NCBI GenBank assembly: GCA_964188305.1
Contig: OZ076886.1
Length of the DNA: 64,000 nucleotides
Reading direction: 5' to 3' (one strand)
Source of the DNA: Podarcis bocagei
Taxonomy: Eukaryota
The notes beneath the pieces are model-generated. The model searched no databases. It saw only the letters and a program-made list of their open reading frames with translations, and was not told where the DNA came from. Below, in pieces: positions 23,807-37,063 of the stretch; within the stretch, counting starts at the first letter, position 1; every line of letters begins with the position of its first letter. The translations under genes were made by a program, and so were the position numbers.

Positions 23807-25617
23807 GAACTTCAACAGGACAGGGCAAGAATGTGATAGTAAATCTCATTTTTCGAGATTACATTAAAAAAGAGGGGATAGATGTCCCTAAAATTGTTTG
23901 TTTTTAAGTTTTGCCAAAGTTGAAAGCACAAACATGGCCTCTGTACAAAGAAGATTTCCAATTGTTTTGAAATTGTAATCTGATATGATACACAAGGTTT
24001 AATAATGTGAACTGCTGCAGAAGTCAAAATAATTCTTGGAGTATACAGTATAAATCAACAGGTGTGGTTTTTTAGCTTTAGGCCTTGAAGTAACCCATCA
24101 AAAATGTAGCTGCTACAAACATGTAGTTAGCACCTTCCTTTGGTGTGCTTTGTAATCTGAAGTTAACTTTGTTTTAAAGTTAATTTTATTTTTAACATTT
24201 TAAAATGTATGAAATCCTTCCAGTGAAGCTCTGATGGACCCCTAACAAAGAAATCCTCCCTTTCCCGTAATCAAAGTCACAGCAAGCCTGGCTATGATTT
24301 GCTGCTTTAATAGCTAGGTATTTAGCAAGGAAAGCTAGGGATCCTCCAATATTCCACAGCTTGAGTAGAAGAAACTGCTGGGTATGGAATACAAATGTAT
24401 TTATTTCTTCTTCTTTTAAACATGCAAGATACTTTTGATAAGATGGGGAACTCATTTTTTGAGTTTATGCTAAGCATTCCGCAAAGTATTAAATTATAGA
24501 CCAGGTTTGATGACTCGCTGGGATCATGACTGTTTCTTTCTTCAAGTTCTTAAATGTTATTCTTATTGTGGCATTTTGCACTGAAAACAATCCCTCTTGT
24601 CCAATTACCAGTTTTGTTTCTGTGCTATTCCTCCTAATGCATGGAAAGTAACAATTTGGTTAAGGAGTTGTTTCTATTTTGTGGTTCTGAATTAAAAACG
24701 TAAGGGCAGTTTCCTTGCACAATGTAGCTTTATACTCCTTATTGGGGGGGGGTATTCCCTCCTGTGCTCTCAGATCTATCATATAAAGAGCGGGGGTGGG
24801 GGGGACTGTTTTTGTATATAGTAAAAGTCAACCGAATTATTTACAGAAGAAAGCAACGTCCTTGCTTAAATGGCAAGCCTGTGCTTCTTTTGGAGCAAAT
24901 GGAGAACTTTTGCTCTTAAAAATCGTAGATCTTAAGGAAAACACTATTCCAAATTCAAGATTGCTCCTTGAAATTAAATGTACAAGCTTATTACACACTT
25001 ATTGGTTTCTCAGACTCCCTTCTCCTCTCTGGGCCTATTTGGCAACTGTAATGTGTTGATCCTGAAGAATACAATTAAAGCTACTGGAGACTGCTATGCA
25101 AGTTTACATTGTTGTGCTGATTTTGTATCCTGAAACACAAGGTGCTATTTTACAAGTGCCATTACTACCTCTAAGGACAGCACAAACAAGGTTGATAACC
25201 TCTGCCAATACTGTAAATTGTGCCACTGCATCAGGTGCCTTGTATAATATCTGTGAGCAATATCTGCTTTCATTGACCTTGCAAACAAAATTTCATCTGT
25301 AATCTTCTCCGGCCCAGAGCATTTCCAGTTCTATTTCTATTATGGCAAAATGTGAGCTCACTGTCACAGTAACTGCAACACCCACCCAATTAATCTATTT
25401 GAATAATAGGCAGGTGAACACATGTCCGATCTATCAAGAATATATATTTAAAAAAAAAAAAGATTTCCAACATTATTTAATAGAGTAGGTGAAAAATTCC
25501 CTGAAACTCCCAAGAGCCTGATGAAATTAAGCAGGGGCTGCATCTGGTGGTCAGGCCAGAAGCCCCTCACCCTTACCCTCAGTGCTATTTCAAAAGTAAT
25601 CAGACTCTAATACTTAC

Positions 25618-25752
25618 TGTGAAAACAAAGTCCTTGACCGAACTATGAACTTGAACACATATTCCAGAGATTTCAGAGTTCTTAGTATAGGTTCACACTG
25701 TTCCCCTCTGCAGGAAATGTCCAAGTAAGTCTTCAAAACTGTCATTAGTTTC
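25618..25752 (-). CDS. DOCK2: DOCK2 exon 22 (135 nt)
   Basis: tttcag|...|gtaagt; [44 protein letters not shown](Q). Confidence 0.95.
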
Positions 25753-26821
25753 CTGAAATTGGAAAAATGTGTTACAAAGGAGGAATAGGGTTAAACTTTA
25801 TCACATTTCCTTTGTATAGAGTGTAAAGTGGCAAATATCTATATAGTGCATGATGTAACATGGCAGACTTGGTTTTATTACTTTATAATTCAAATAAAAA
25901 TATTACACAATTCAATGGGGGGAAAGCACAGTAGCATGACCTTTTATTTCCCATTATTATTTCTATCTATCACACAGGATGGCTTTGGACAGTGGCCACG
26001 GTCATTGCACTGAATAATATTGCTAGTACAGTGTAGGGCTGGGAATTCTTGGCGCCAAACAATCTGCAGCAAAGCAGTACTTTGGGTTGCAGTATTTAAA
26101 CGTTTTTGCAGCATGCAAAGTATTTTGGCAAGGACTGGAATGATGATGAAGATGACAAAGGACTGTACCTGAAAGCCACCGACTCATAGCTATGAGTGGA
26201 AAATATATTGGTGGAAATATATATTGTAAATCATACAATATATTCTGTATGCTCCATAGTCTAATATGCTCTTAGAAGAAAGTGTGTGTGCAATTGCACA
26301 CACAAAACACCTCCCTTTTAAAAAATGGATTGAATCTAGACTAGGTGAGCTCCCCTTTTGTAAACTATGAGACTTAAGTCATGACTGGTTTCAAAAGCAG
26401 ACTGATCCTCCCCTCCCCATGTGCTGTTCTGGGGGTTCTTCCGACTTCCCTGCCTCAGAGCCAATTTCAGGGAGCAGCAGGGTGCACAGCCTCATTGTAC
26501 AAGTGGAAGCCCTCGTTAGGTGAATCCTGCTCTTAGTATGAAGCAAAACTATTTTATACAGTGACTAGAAACAAATCTAAGGACACATTCTGAACCGTAT
26601 TACATACCATACACACATGTGGATAGTAAAAATTCTCTATGTATCAGTGATCTTAAGAAGACTGTAGAATAGTACCAGCAATCCCTTGAACATTTGAGCA
26701 GGTGACCTCATTCTAACTCACAGCTTATGAAACTTTAGCGCTAACCAGATTCTGACTCTTCCACAGCCTCCCTGGAAGGGCCCATGAAATCACACCCCAA
26801 GCACCATGGCAGACTCCTTAG

Positions 26822-27030
26822 CAGAGCCAGCCCAAGACATTTTTCTGCCCAAGGCAAAGGACAAGATTCCACCCTCCATGGACAGAAGTTGACTGTGCTG
26901 GCCGTTGAACTTAAGTGCAACATTGGCAATAGGGTAACATATTCCACAGCACCTGAGGGCAGCAGGGGATGCATTGTCTCCATGTGCTGCCTAAAGAGAT
27001 TGATTAACTCATTCTACCTAATGGGAAAGC
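26822..27030. mobile_element. Degraded hAT-type MITE
   Basis: CAGAGCCAGCCCAAGACATTTTTCTGCCCAAGGC terminus typical of squamate hAT MITEs. Confidence 0.4.
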
Positions 27031-28193
27031 CTTAGACATTGCCCATTTTTAAAAAGAGATTCAATGCTCCAGAATCCACTGAGGGCAACCATTAGAGAAC
27101 AGACAGAAGCTGTGCATAAAAAACTGCACCCAGCTTGATGCCCCAACACATGCAGTTTAGGGGAAGTTCCAACCATAAGATCTAACACATTCACATCTCA
27201 AGGGACTAAGTTCTCATCTACACATGGAACAACATAACTAATTTTGCAGCTTGTGGATCTGTAGTGTAGTTCACCATATGCCTTGTCCACACAGTGCAGA
27301 ATCTCCATACCATCATCACCACCAGACAAGATCTTCCATCAGTGGCATGGAGTTCTGCTACACATAATGCAGGAAATCTATTCGGCAAGTTAAACTTTGC
27401 ACAGACAAGCCTTGTATACAAAGCATGTAGACCAGTACTCAGAGATCGATGAGGAATCATTTTCTTGAAAATACAGTGAACAAAAACCAACATACGGTAG
27501 TAATAGATGGAGTTTAGTGCCAACAAACTCATTGGTACTTTTATTCCCTTTTTCCTTCCTGAGCGTATGGTAGATCTGAAGACCCATAGTGTTCTAAAGT
27601 CCCCACCAAACTAATAAATAGGGGGCAGGGTTAGGGGTTGCTTTAGTGCACTTGGCTTTGATGTGTAATCAATAAAAAGAATGCCAAATTGCTGTGAGTG
27701 AGCCTGATTTTATGTGACCTTTAGTGAGTCTTATGTTGTGGGCAAGTTTTTCCAACAAGGCAAGATGACACAGCTTGTCGTACCATCTGTCTATGGAAAA
27801 TTTGTGCACCTCTCTTCAGAAATATGGCATTTCCCAAGATGAGTATCTGTTGGTGTTTGTATGTTAATTTGATGACAATATTTATTTAATTTTCCATATT
27901 GATCTGGAGAAGGGAGCATTATCTTTCCTGAAGACTGACAGAAAAATAAAAATAAAATAAATAATAATAATAATAATAAATAATAATAATAAACGTTTAT
28001 TGTCCCTACACCACCTATGTGCAGTGAAATTAAATGAGCCCCCCTCCTCCCCTAAAGTCCAGAGAAGATGTCACTTCCAGCTCTGCCACCGAGTTTTACA
28101 TGGAGATACCAGGGATGCTATGGATGGTGTGAATGCAAATTACTTGTTCTATATATCACTTTTCTCTGTAATGATTGAAATATCGTCAACTTA

Positions 28194-28397
<204 letters not shown>

Positions 28398-28487
28398 TTA
28401 GGTATTTTGTGTATTAGCTAAAGCCAAAAGTTTATTATCGAGGGATGCAATATATCTATGTTGGTGATCCTGAAGCCATTTCAGTTA

Positions 28488-28661
<174 letters not shown>

Positions 28662-28663
28662 CT

Positions 28664-28665
<2 letters not shown>

Positions 28666-28712
<47 letters not shown>
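28666..28712. repeat. (AG)n microsatellite forming the (TC)n polypyrimidine tract of exon 20
   Basis: Minus strand reads (TC)n-TTTAG|exon 20. Confidence 0.95.
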
Positions 28713-28715
<3 letters not shown>

Positions 28716-31149
28716 ACAAATATTTTACAAGCTTTGATATCATGACAGGATAAAGATTCTTTGAGAAACATTTTCATGTCTTTAAAAGAAAAATTCCACC
28801 TAGCCCCAGGGAAAGCATTTCATGCCTCAAAGGATCCATCTTTCTAGCCTTGTCACCTGGAGCATCACCACATCTTTGAAGACTTATTTTCTTATCATAG
28901 CACACATTTGACTCAAACAAGCAAAGCAGTCATTTCCCCCCAATGTAATGCTAAGGATGGCCTACAGTTTATACTGGAATGAACAGAGCATTTCCTATTC
29001 CCCACAAGTGGAAAGTTGATTGCTTTATCTGTAAATGTTCACAGGTGTACTGCAAGAGGTTTGTAAGTTGCACAGTCCCTTAAAATGTGGAAAGCAATTG
29101 TTTTCAGCAGTGTGTCACTGTGAATTTAGCTGCAGCTGGTGTTAAGTAATATCCCTCAGCCTAAAATGGCTTGATAGTATGCCTAGACCATCAAGATACT
29201 TAAAGCACGAATGCAGGGGAAAGAGATAAATCTAGTATCTCTCCTCCCATTAGAATGCCTGGTCTCAAGTCTTCGGTATCACCCAAATCATTGCCAAGTG
29301 GGAATGAAAACATGGTGCGTGCCAACTGGAAGAGGATTCCTCCTTCCATTCATACCAGCTCAGGTCTCTCCCACCCTTTGTGCTTTGTCAGAAAGCTCAG
29401 ATGAGAAAAAGGAAAGGAGGGTGAAGAGGTTTGCAGCAGGCCAGGATCAGCCATTGTGCTGCCAGTTGCCAACCACAATTCCAGCCTCAGAAACTTGGTG
29501 CTCGTGAACCCCAGCTGGAATATTCTACAGAATGCCACTAGAGAGGGTGATGAAAACTTTTATTTGGCTTTTCTACCACATGTTGCTTATGATATAGACA
29601 TCATAAGAACAACATTAAAGCTCCAATATGCGAAATATATGACATTGATCAGGAGATGAACTGATCTTTTACAAAAAGAAGCTACAAGCTAGCACAGGGA
29701 CAACTCTGAACTTGACCCACATTTCCAAAAAAATCAGTTCTTACAGCAGAAAAAGAAACATCAGTTCAATGCAAAGAAAGATTAATGAACTGCTTATTTA
29801 CACGGTGCAGAAGGCAGCTTTTTAAGTTTAGAAACAATCTGAATAGATCTTCTAGAATAGCCTGGGTCAACTGAATTCCTTTTCTAAACCCCATTAAAGA
29901 GCCATTTGCATCAAATGAATGAAGGTTTATAATCTCGCCCTCTTCATCAGTGCTTCTAGAGTGACTGCTGTGTGTAACATCTTGCCTGATGGAAAACATG
30001 AAAGTTTGTGACATTTTGGTTGGCCCTAATAATGATGTTACCAAGCTGTGGATTTTGTATGTAGGTAAGTAATCCTTGCTACATATTTCCATAGTCATAG
30101 TCTGAAGTATAGTTCTTCATAGAAAAGGAGCTTGCATCACATAGATAAACCATTACATGTTCACATTTCATCAATAAACACAAATATTTTCCAAAAAAGA
30201 GCAACACTCACCTTTTGATCAGAGATCAATTTACTTTTTATATATATTAATAGGAAAGGAAAAGATAATGGGTAGCTTTTCTGTCTCACAACTTTGTAAG
30301 CATATATTTCATTTCATTTGTACAGGCAAAGAGACATTGCCTTTTAGATTTGCCTTGATATTGTGCTTACTTTGAGTTAATCGTGCGTAAAGAGTAAAGA
30401 CTTGAATCAAAGGATCTACGGTTGTTACAAAACTGCCATGCCCAGAATTTTGATAAGTTTGGGGAGTGCTAAAGAAGCAGCTTGCTGGTTCTACTTTAAT
30501 CAGTGCGAGTGTCCCCAAAGAATATTTGTGTGAAGCTTCAAGTCAAGGGAAAATGAATTATACCTGCTGTATTTAGCACACATGCAGCCTTAACTTACTT
30601 TCAGTATTGAAGCTAATATGGGAGAAAATTGCTCAGCACAATGCAACAGAAGGCAGGTGCGACCCTCCACCCAGGTGCCCCTTTTGATGTAAAAATCAAA
30701 CCCCATCCTCTATTTGATAAATGAACAGAGCAGACATATGAACAACCAGGACTGCCCCCCATCACATACAATCAATCAGGAATTTGCAAAGAACCTGCTC
30801 CCACCGAATCAGGGGTCACTGGGGCAGAGGCATATTTGGGGGGGGGGGGGAACTCTAATACCAAGTCTTTGAAAAACATGCTTTCTTTTGTTTGAAAATA
30901 TTCTGAACACAATTGTTTCATCATTGTCTTTTTAAAAAAATCATGTTTGCTTTTAAAAAACAAAAAAGCTAACAAAGAGAAGCATATTCCAGGGCAGCAT
31001 TTAGCACAGCACGGTTAATAAAATAGGAAAACATTAAAATAAAATGGAAATTCTGCCATGTAAGGTATGCCTGAAATCCAGTTCAATTGTTCAGCTGCCA
31101 TCTGTTTTCTGTGTAAACAAGACTGGTATTGTCCTGAACGGATGTCACT

Positions 31150-31297
31150 TTGGGGCAGTTATTTCCAGAAAGAAGTGGCTCTCCGGGGTTTCAGGTAGGA
31201 GAAATTCCCAGCTGCATCTGAAAATGCTGGGAGTTGAACCTGTGACCCTTTGCATGCAAATAATATGCTCTACCACTGACCCACGGCCTTTCCCCCA
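31150..31297 (-). mobile_element. tRNA-derived SINE, degraded
   Basis: Reverse complement GGGGAAAGGCCGTGGGTCAGTGGTAGAGCAT..TTTGCATGCAAAGGGTCACAGGTTCAACTCCC; same family as 51003-51201. Confidence 0.65.
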
Positions 31298-31702
31298 ATG
31301 AAGCCAACAAGACTGATGCCTTGTAAAAAGAAAACACAACTGTATTATTTGAGGACTATGCTCTCAGCCTATGATGGCTGATACGAGTGAAGACAATTTC
31401 CTGAGCCATTCTCAAGGGATTAGTTTGCTTCAATGAGCACAAAAGATGTGTTACCACTTGAGATAGAAAAACATGTTGTTGAAATGGCTAAGATTTCCTA
31501 CATGGATTTTGGAAATAAATTGAGGAATAGCACCAGGATTCCTAATTTGTCTCTCTAGGAAATATTTATCCATTGAGGAACCAAGGACTGCACACTACAT
31601 CATTTCCCGGGAAAGGGGGGTGATTACCTCCCCCATAGTATCTGGCTTTTCAGAAAGTCCCTGACCTAAAATTACACTACTGTAAACATTTTAAAAACAT
31701 AC

Positions 31703-31800
31703 CTTCACAATTTCTTCCCCATCCACAATCTTCAGTTTTTCTAAGTTCTCCTTCAAGAGCTCTGGCTTCATACGCCACTTCAAAAGGCCCAGTAAACCAA
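31703..31800 (-). CDS. DOCK2: DOCK2 exon 19 (98 nt)
   Basis: cttcag|...|gtatgt; [32 protein letters not shown]. Confidence 0.95.
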
Positions 31801-31892
31801 CTGAAGAGAGGAGCAGAAATATATTCACAGAGAAAGGGGGTCTAGCTTTCAAGTGCAACTTAAAAAGCCTTGTCAGAAGCTTATATTCTTAC

Positions 31893-32076
31893 CATTTTGA
31901 GTTAGCTTGGTTGAACAAACAAGCGTTGAAATGGTAAATGTGTCTCTTGAGCTTACTGAGAGCCCTCCAACACTGCTTGAACTCCGACTTAAGGTTGAGC
32001 CTTTAGAGTCTATGTTATGACGTGAGGAAGGGAGACTCAGGTAAGCACTGGCATCCTCCATTTTCTTACTATCACC
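31893..32076 (-). CDS. DOCK2: DOCK2 exon 18 (184 nt), end of DHR-1
   Basis: ttcaag|...|gtaaga; [61 protein letters not shown](V); contains the DOCK2-type Ser-rich insert. Confidence 0.95.
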
Positions 32077-34289
32077 CTTGAAAGCAAGGCATGAAAACAA
32101 GGTGAGATTCAGTGGAATGAGCTAAATTCACATATAACCAGGATAACTTTGCTGCACTCTTCCACACCAGTAGCCTTTTAGAAATAAATCTTTTTAAAAA
32201 AAATATTGGATTGAGAGACTTAACCCAGTGAAGACTGCAAAAGTATATGCAATTTCTCTGCACAAACAAAACTCCTCAACTCACAATCTACTTTTGAAAC
32301 TAACCGAGGATACGTAGGTAGGCAAAGAATTTTCTGCTGGTTTATAAAGAGAAGAGGTCACAACATGCACATAAGTCCTTGGACACACAGAAACCATTAA
32401 AAAAATCTTCTCAGTGAACAATGGAAATGGAAACAAATTAATTTTATTTAAATCATGTTTACCTTGCTCTTCAATCAAAAGGGTCCCCTGAGCAGCTTAC
32501 AAATAGATCAAAACTATGGTCCTTAGACCGGTGGGGAATCTGTGACCTTGCAGATTTGGTTGGACTCCATCTCATCAATCCCAGCCAGCATAGCCAAGAG
32601 TCAAGGATGGGGGGGGGGTTGTTCTCTAACAACACCTGCACAGTTCCCCCATCTCTGCCACAGTTCCCCCTTTGCAGAGGGTGGGGCAGGAACTAAAAAG
32701 CAAACTCAAGCACCAGTTTTTAAAGCAACAGTTCTTATAGCAACCGGATGGGATTAAACTATGGGATGCGTAAAGGTGAAAAGTAAAGCTTCAAAAAATA
32801 GCAGCTTTGGGTTGAATTGTCCCTCAACTGATGCCAGGGAGCGCTCTCCATGTTATGTTGGATTCTGTTCCTCATTAGCCCAAGCCAGCATTGCTGTTGC
32901 CAGAATTGATGGCAGCTGAAGTCCAAAAACATCAGGATTGTACCACATTGGTTACCCTAGTACAGACAGACTTACTTATGCTGCTGTGTAATAATTTTGT
33001 GTATTATTGTGTTCCCACACCACACCACTGGCTGGGTATGGAAAGATCACAGTATTAAGTCCGTCTAAATTTTATTATCCTTTTGGCAGGGACCAGCTGT
33101 ATGTGAGAGTTCCCTGCAGGGAATTAGCACCTACAGGCAAACCAAGGATAATTGACCCCCACCTCCCACCAGCTGATATCACCTGCCCATCAGGGTGATG
33201 TAACTTGATTCACATGCAGGAGTGGTTTCAGAAAAATGGCCTTGCTGGCCAAATTGCAACTAGGTCAAGATAAGCCTACAGGCCATATTCCCCAGCCCTG
33301 GACTAAACACGACAGGAACAGCTGGGAAAACTTGAACAGGGGCTTCCATTTTCAGCAACAGTCCTACAACTCATTGCTAGTTGTGCCCTAAAACTCCACA
33401 AGTGAGAGTCTTTTTCATTTTAGCAACACTCAGGGCATTGGCCATGTCCCACAGGGCTTCTAACTCTTAATTACTAAGAGTAGGTTCCTAAATTGTATTG
33501 CAGACTGTTTTTCAAACTTGGGGAGCCACACAACTCTGGTGCTAGGGACACCTGCTTCATACAACTGATTTTCCTTATTTGTCTTCAAGGAAACATTGCG
33601 GATGTTTAGTAATAAACTGCTTTTAAAAATGGAAATCAAAGGGCTAAGTCTGGGTATTTAGGCAGCCATTCCCAGTTTAGCATTTAAAACTGACTAAAGG
33701 TTTTATCACCAGACTACAGCTTTTTGTCTGACAGATCTCCAGCATCCTATAAGGACATATTTGGAAAAGCTCCAAACAACCTGAAATATAGTCAGCTCAG
33801 TCTTTTCGTCCCTTTCTTTCTGTTTCCCACTAGGCCATTTGCAAGGATTTTGTGTAAAAGCCAGAAACGGGCTAGTTGCCAGATGTGTTGAGTACACCTG
33901 AATTTTTTAAGGAAAAGCCAGCTACAGCATTTTCGCTTGCTGTATGTGCTAGAACAGTGTAAGTCAAGAATAGTCAACGTGCTGGCCTCCAAAGTGCAAC
34001 TCCCACCATCCCTAGCTATTGGGTATGCTGGCTGCGACTGATAGGAATTGTAGTCCACAACAACTGGAAGGTACCACATTAGCTATTCCTGGCATAACTC
34101 ACACTACACAAAGAAATTACTGAGTTCAGTTCTAGCACTGATGGATGTTCCTATATGAATATGCTGTCCTTCAGGACCCCTCTTTCAAAGTTTAGGCATA
34201 TGAATCTGGGCTGGGGAGAAGGGGTTTTTTTCCCCAGTATTTGCATGCCAGTTACAGAATGCCCTCCCCCTAGTCCTTTCAGGCTAGGA

Positions 34290-34634
34290 GTTGTTGGTAT
34301 CTGTCTGTCTCAAGAGACAATGGAGTGTGCCTCTGATGGGAAAGTAAAAGCACAGTGTTAGCAGCACCAAAGTGATCCCCCTGGGACTCAATCTGCCCCA
34401 GCCTGTCTTCACATGCATGGGAAGTCCCTTATTCACCAAGGGCTTGAGACCTATTGGCTACCTTTACCTGGTTTAGCCAGCCAGTCAAAGTTGTTCCTGG
34501 GGTGTGGCCACTGTCACATGCGGACAGCTTCTAGGAACCTCAGGTGAGAGCTGAGTGGAGGGTGGGCACCAAATGTGGACATACTACACCAAAAGGAGCA
34601 TGGTGTGTTCCCTACCAGAGGTACTACCCCTCCC
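34290..34634 (-). mobile_element. RTE-related short non-autonomous retroelement
   Basis: Minus strand begins GGGAGGGGTAGTACCTCTGG and ends CCATTGTCTCTTGAGACAGACAGATACCAACAAC (RTE-type 3' end). Confidence 0.5.
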
Positions 34635-34748
34635 CTAACACCCCACACACACCAGGCTTGGAGCATAACATTTTAAGTAGAGCAACAGGAGATTGTTAGT
34701 GGATTGTGCAAAGCTGTGTGGAAGTCTATGCAGCAAAACCAACAATAC

Positions 34749-34852
34749 CTTCAGAACGGCGAGATCATGAAAGCCATCAAGCAGAGTTGTCCCATCCTCC
34801 TTCATTAACTTCACATAGGCCATTGCAAAGTTCTTTTCTCCTTTGTCTTTAG
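34749..34852 (-). CDS. DOCK2: DOCK2 exon 17 (104 nt), DHR-1
   Basis: gcacag|...|gtattg; [34 protein letters not shown]. Confidence 0.95.
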
Positions 34853-34954
34853 CTGTGCAAGAAATAATTTTGTATGATTCTTTCCCCCCGCCTATAACAT
34901 GTCCACTTATCTAATGTTGCATATTGAAAACAAGTAATCAAGCGGGTTACTTAC

Positions 34955-35027
34955 ACTCCTGAGATGACCGATGTCTAAACGTAAAGCGCAAGTGAATTCT
35001 TTGCATATCCTCAATGGGCAATGCTAC
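34955..35027 (-). CDS. DOCK2: DOCK2 exon 16 (73 nt), DHR-1
   Basis: aaatag|...|gtaagt; VALPIEDMQRIHLRFTFRHRSSQE(S). Confidence 0.94.
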
Positions 35028-35629
35028 CTATTTAAATACATAAACATTTAAATACATAAACAGTTATTAAAGTAAAAATGATATGATGAATACATGGAGG
35101 GAAGCTCCACCAGCAGTTCTAAATTAGTGCTGCCCAAATATCCATCTATGGCTAAAGACCTGCTGTGGCAGCTATTTGTGCATAATGACCTAAAATTATG
35201 CTCTGCTGCACTTTTTCAGGACTTGTATTTCATTATTTGCCAAATGAAGCTATACCACCACCAAATGCCAGATTATATGCCTTTGAAAGAAACTTTGCAT
35301 TTTAATGCAAATTCATATCATGACTAATGCTACTGTTGAATGAACTTTCTTGCTGAATAAGATAGTATTGCTTAGTCATAGATACATTAAAGGGCTTGCT
35401 TTGAAGTCCCTACACTGCAAAAAGTAAATTCTAATGTGCCTCCTTTGTTATTTGATCTTTAAATTGTGTGTGGATAAGATTCACAGTGGTGAAAAGTTGT
35501 ATAATAAAAGGATCCACCAATGTAGAAATGGGGGCAATTCAGATGTAAATTCCTCCACAAATAGGAGCCCTGCTATTTTAAGAGATAACACCTGATCTGG
35601 TGCTAGTTACAGGTAGATGGCTGTGTTGG

Positions 35630-35710
35630 TCTGAAGAAGTGTACATGCACATGAAAGCTCATACCAATAACAAACTTAGTTGGTCTCTAAAGTGCTACTG
35701 GAAGGATTTT
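35630..35710. mobile_element. Penelope-type repeat fragment
   Basis: CTGAAGAAGTG...GAAAGCTCATACC...TTAGTTGGTCTCTAAAGTGCTACTGG. Confidence 0.5.
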
Positions 35711-36964
35711 TTTTGTTTGTTTGCTTGTTTTGACCTGAGCTGGTGCAACTGCCACTACTTGGGGAGTATGACATCATGTCTCATGCAAATCCTGGAGTGC
35801 CAGTATTTGGGAAAGTAACAAGTCAGATGTTAAATCTTCAGTGGAGCTACACACTGGAACCTATGGTCTGAACCCATCTTTATACTACACCAGGTATCTT
35901 AAGCTTGTATACAAAGGTCTCCTTTCTATTATTTGCCAATTCCCCTTTTGCACCACAGCTCCCTGTGCTACATCTCATGCTGTTTCAGAGAGCTACCCAG
36001 TTTTGAGCGCTTTTTAGGGGACACAAAAGTGGGGAGGAGAGACCATGAACATTCACTCTCTTCTAGATCCAATCCATTATTCTAATTCATTATAGCACGT
36101 TCGTTTGGACACTACTGATCAAAATCAGAATTAACTTGGAATTAGAAGACTCCAAAGGCTAGTTTTTAAAAGCTCCAAATATTTTATTATAAGCTTAACT
36201 TGGATTTCCATTAGTGTGCCATTTTCAGAAGAGACACTGCTTGACACATAAATATTTGAAAGTACATGGAAATAAATACATTTTGTACCCTATAATACCT
36301 TTTATTATGCCATTTTTTTTCTCCCTGCTGCCCTCTGTCTCTTCTTGCCAAAGCACCTTAATAGAATTAAACTCATTATCTACCTAAGAGCCACATTATG
36401 ACAGCAATTTTCTATAGTGCTCTCTCTTTAAAAGGAGCAGATTTACAATAAGCTTTTCTAGTAGCCTACAGCCATTTTGTAATTATTTCCATCACAACCT
36501 TCCAAGAATTTGCTTATTACAAGTTACATGCAAACCATAGAGATGTCAATTAATTCTTCTCTAACAAGGATATAAATTGTAAAAGGTCTTTTTTCATGAG
36601 GTGACAGAAGTTCCCGTATTTTCTAATTTTTCTCAGCTTACTGGACCATACACTCCTACGTTTGCTCTAAGTTTTTTTAAAATGCATTATTATAATACTA
36701 GAAGAAAATGGAATGGGATAAAATTTCTATCAAATTAATCTTGGAGATTATGGGCAACTAAGTTAACTGTATACTTTTCAAATGGAAAAATCACGCTTCT
36801 TGCTTCTAGACAGCAAAATAATGCAAGCAATTTCCTTGGTGGCTTGCATTCTTTCAACTGTATTGTCAGAGCTTCCAGTTTAGCATAAGTAGCAGAGTCC
36901 TAGGTTCCTCTTAAGCAAAGATTTTAAATGGGGGGGGGGTGAGGCGTCTCCTCCCCTGTCATAC

Positions 36965-37063
36965 CTTTAATGTCTCCGCCCAGCGGGGCTGTTTAACTTG
37001 GTAGTAGACCACTGATTTGTATTCACTTGTAGGCTTGTCTCCAGCTCCTAAACAAATTGCATT
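36965..37063 (-). CDS. DOCK2: DOCK2 exon 15 (99 nt), DHR-1
   Basis: tgtaag|...|gtatga; [33 protein letters not shown]. Confidence 0.93.
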
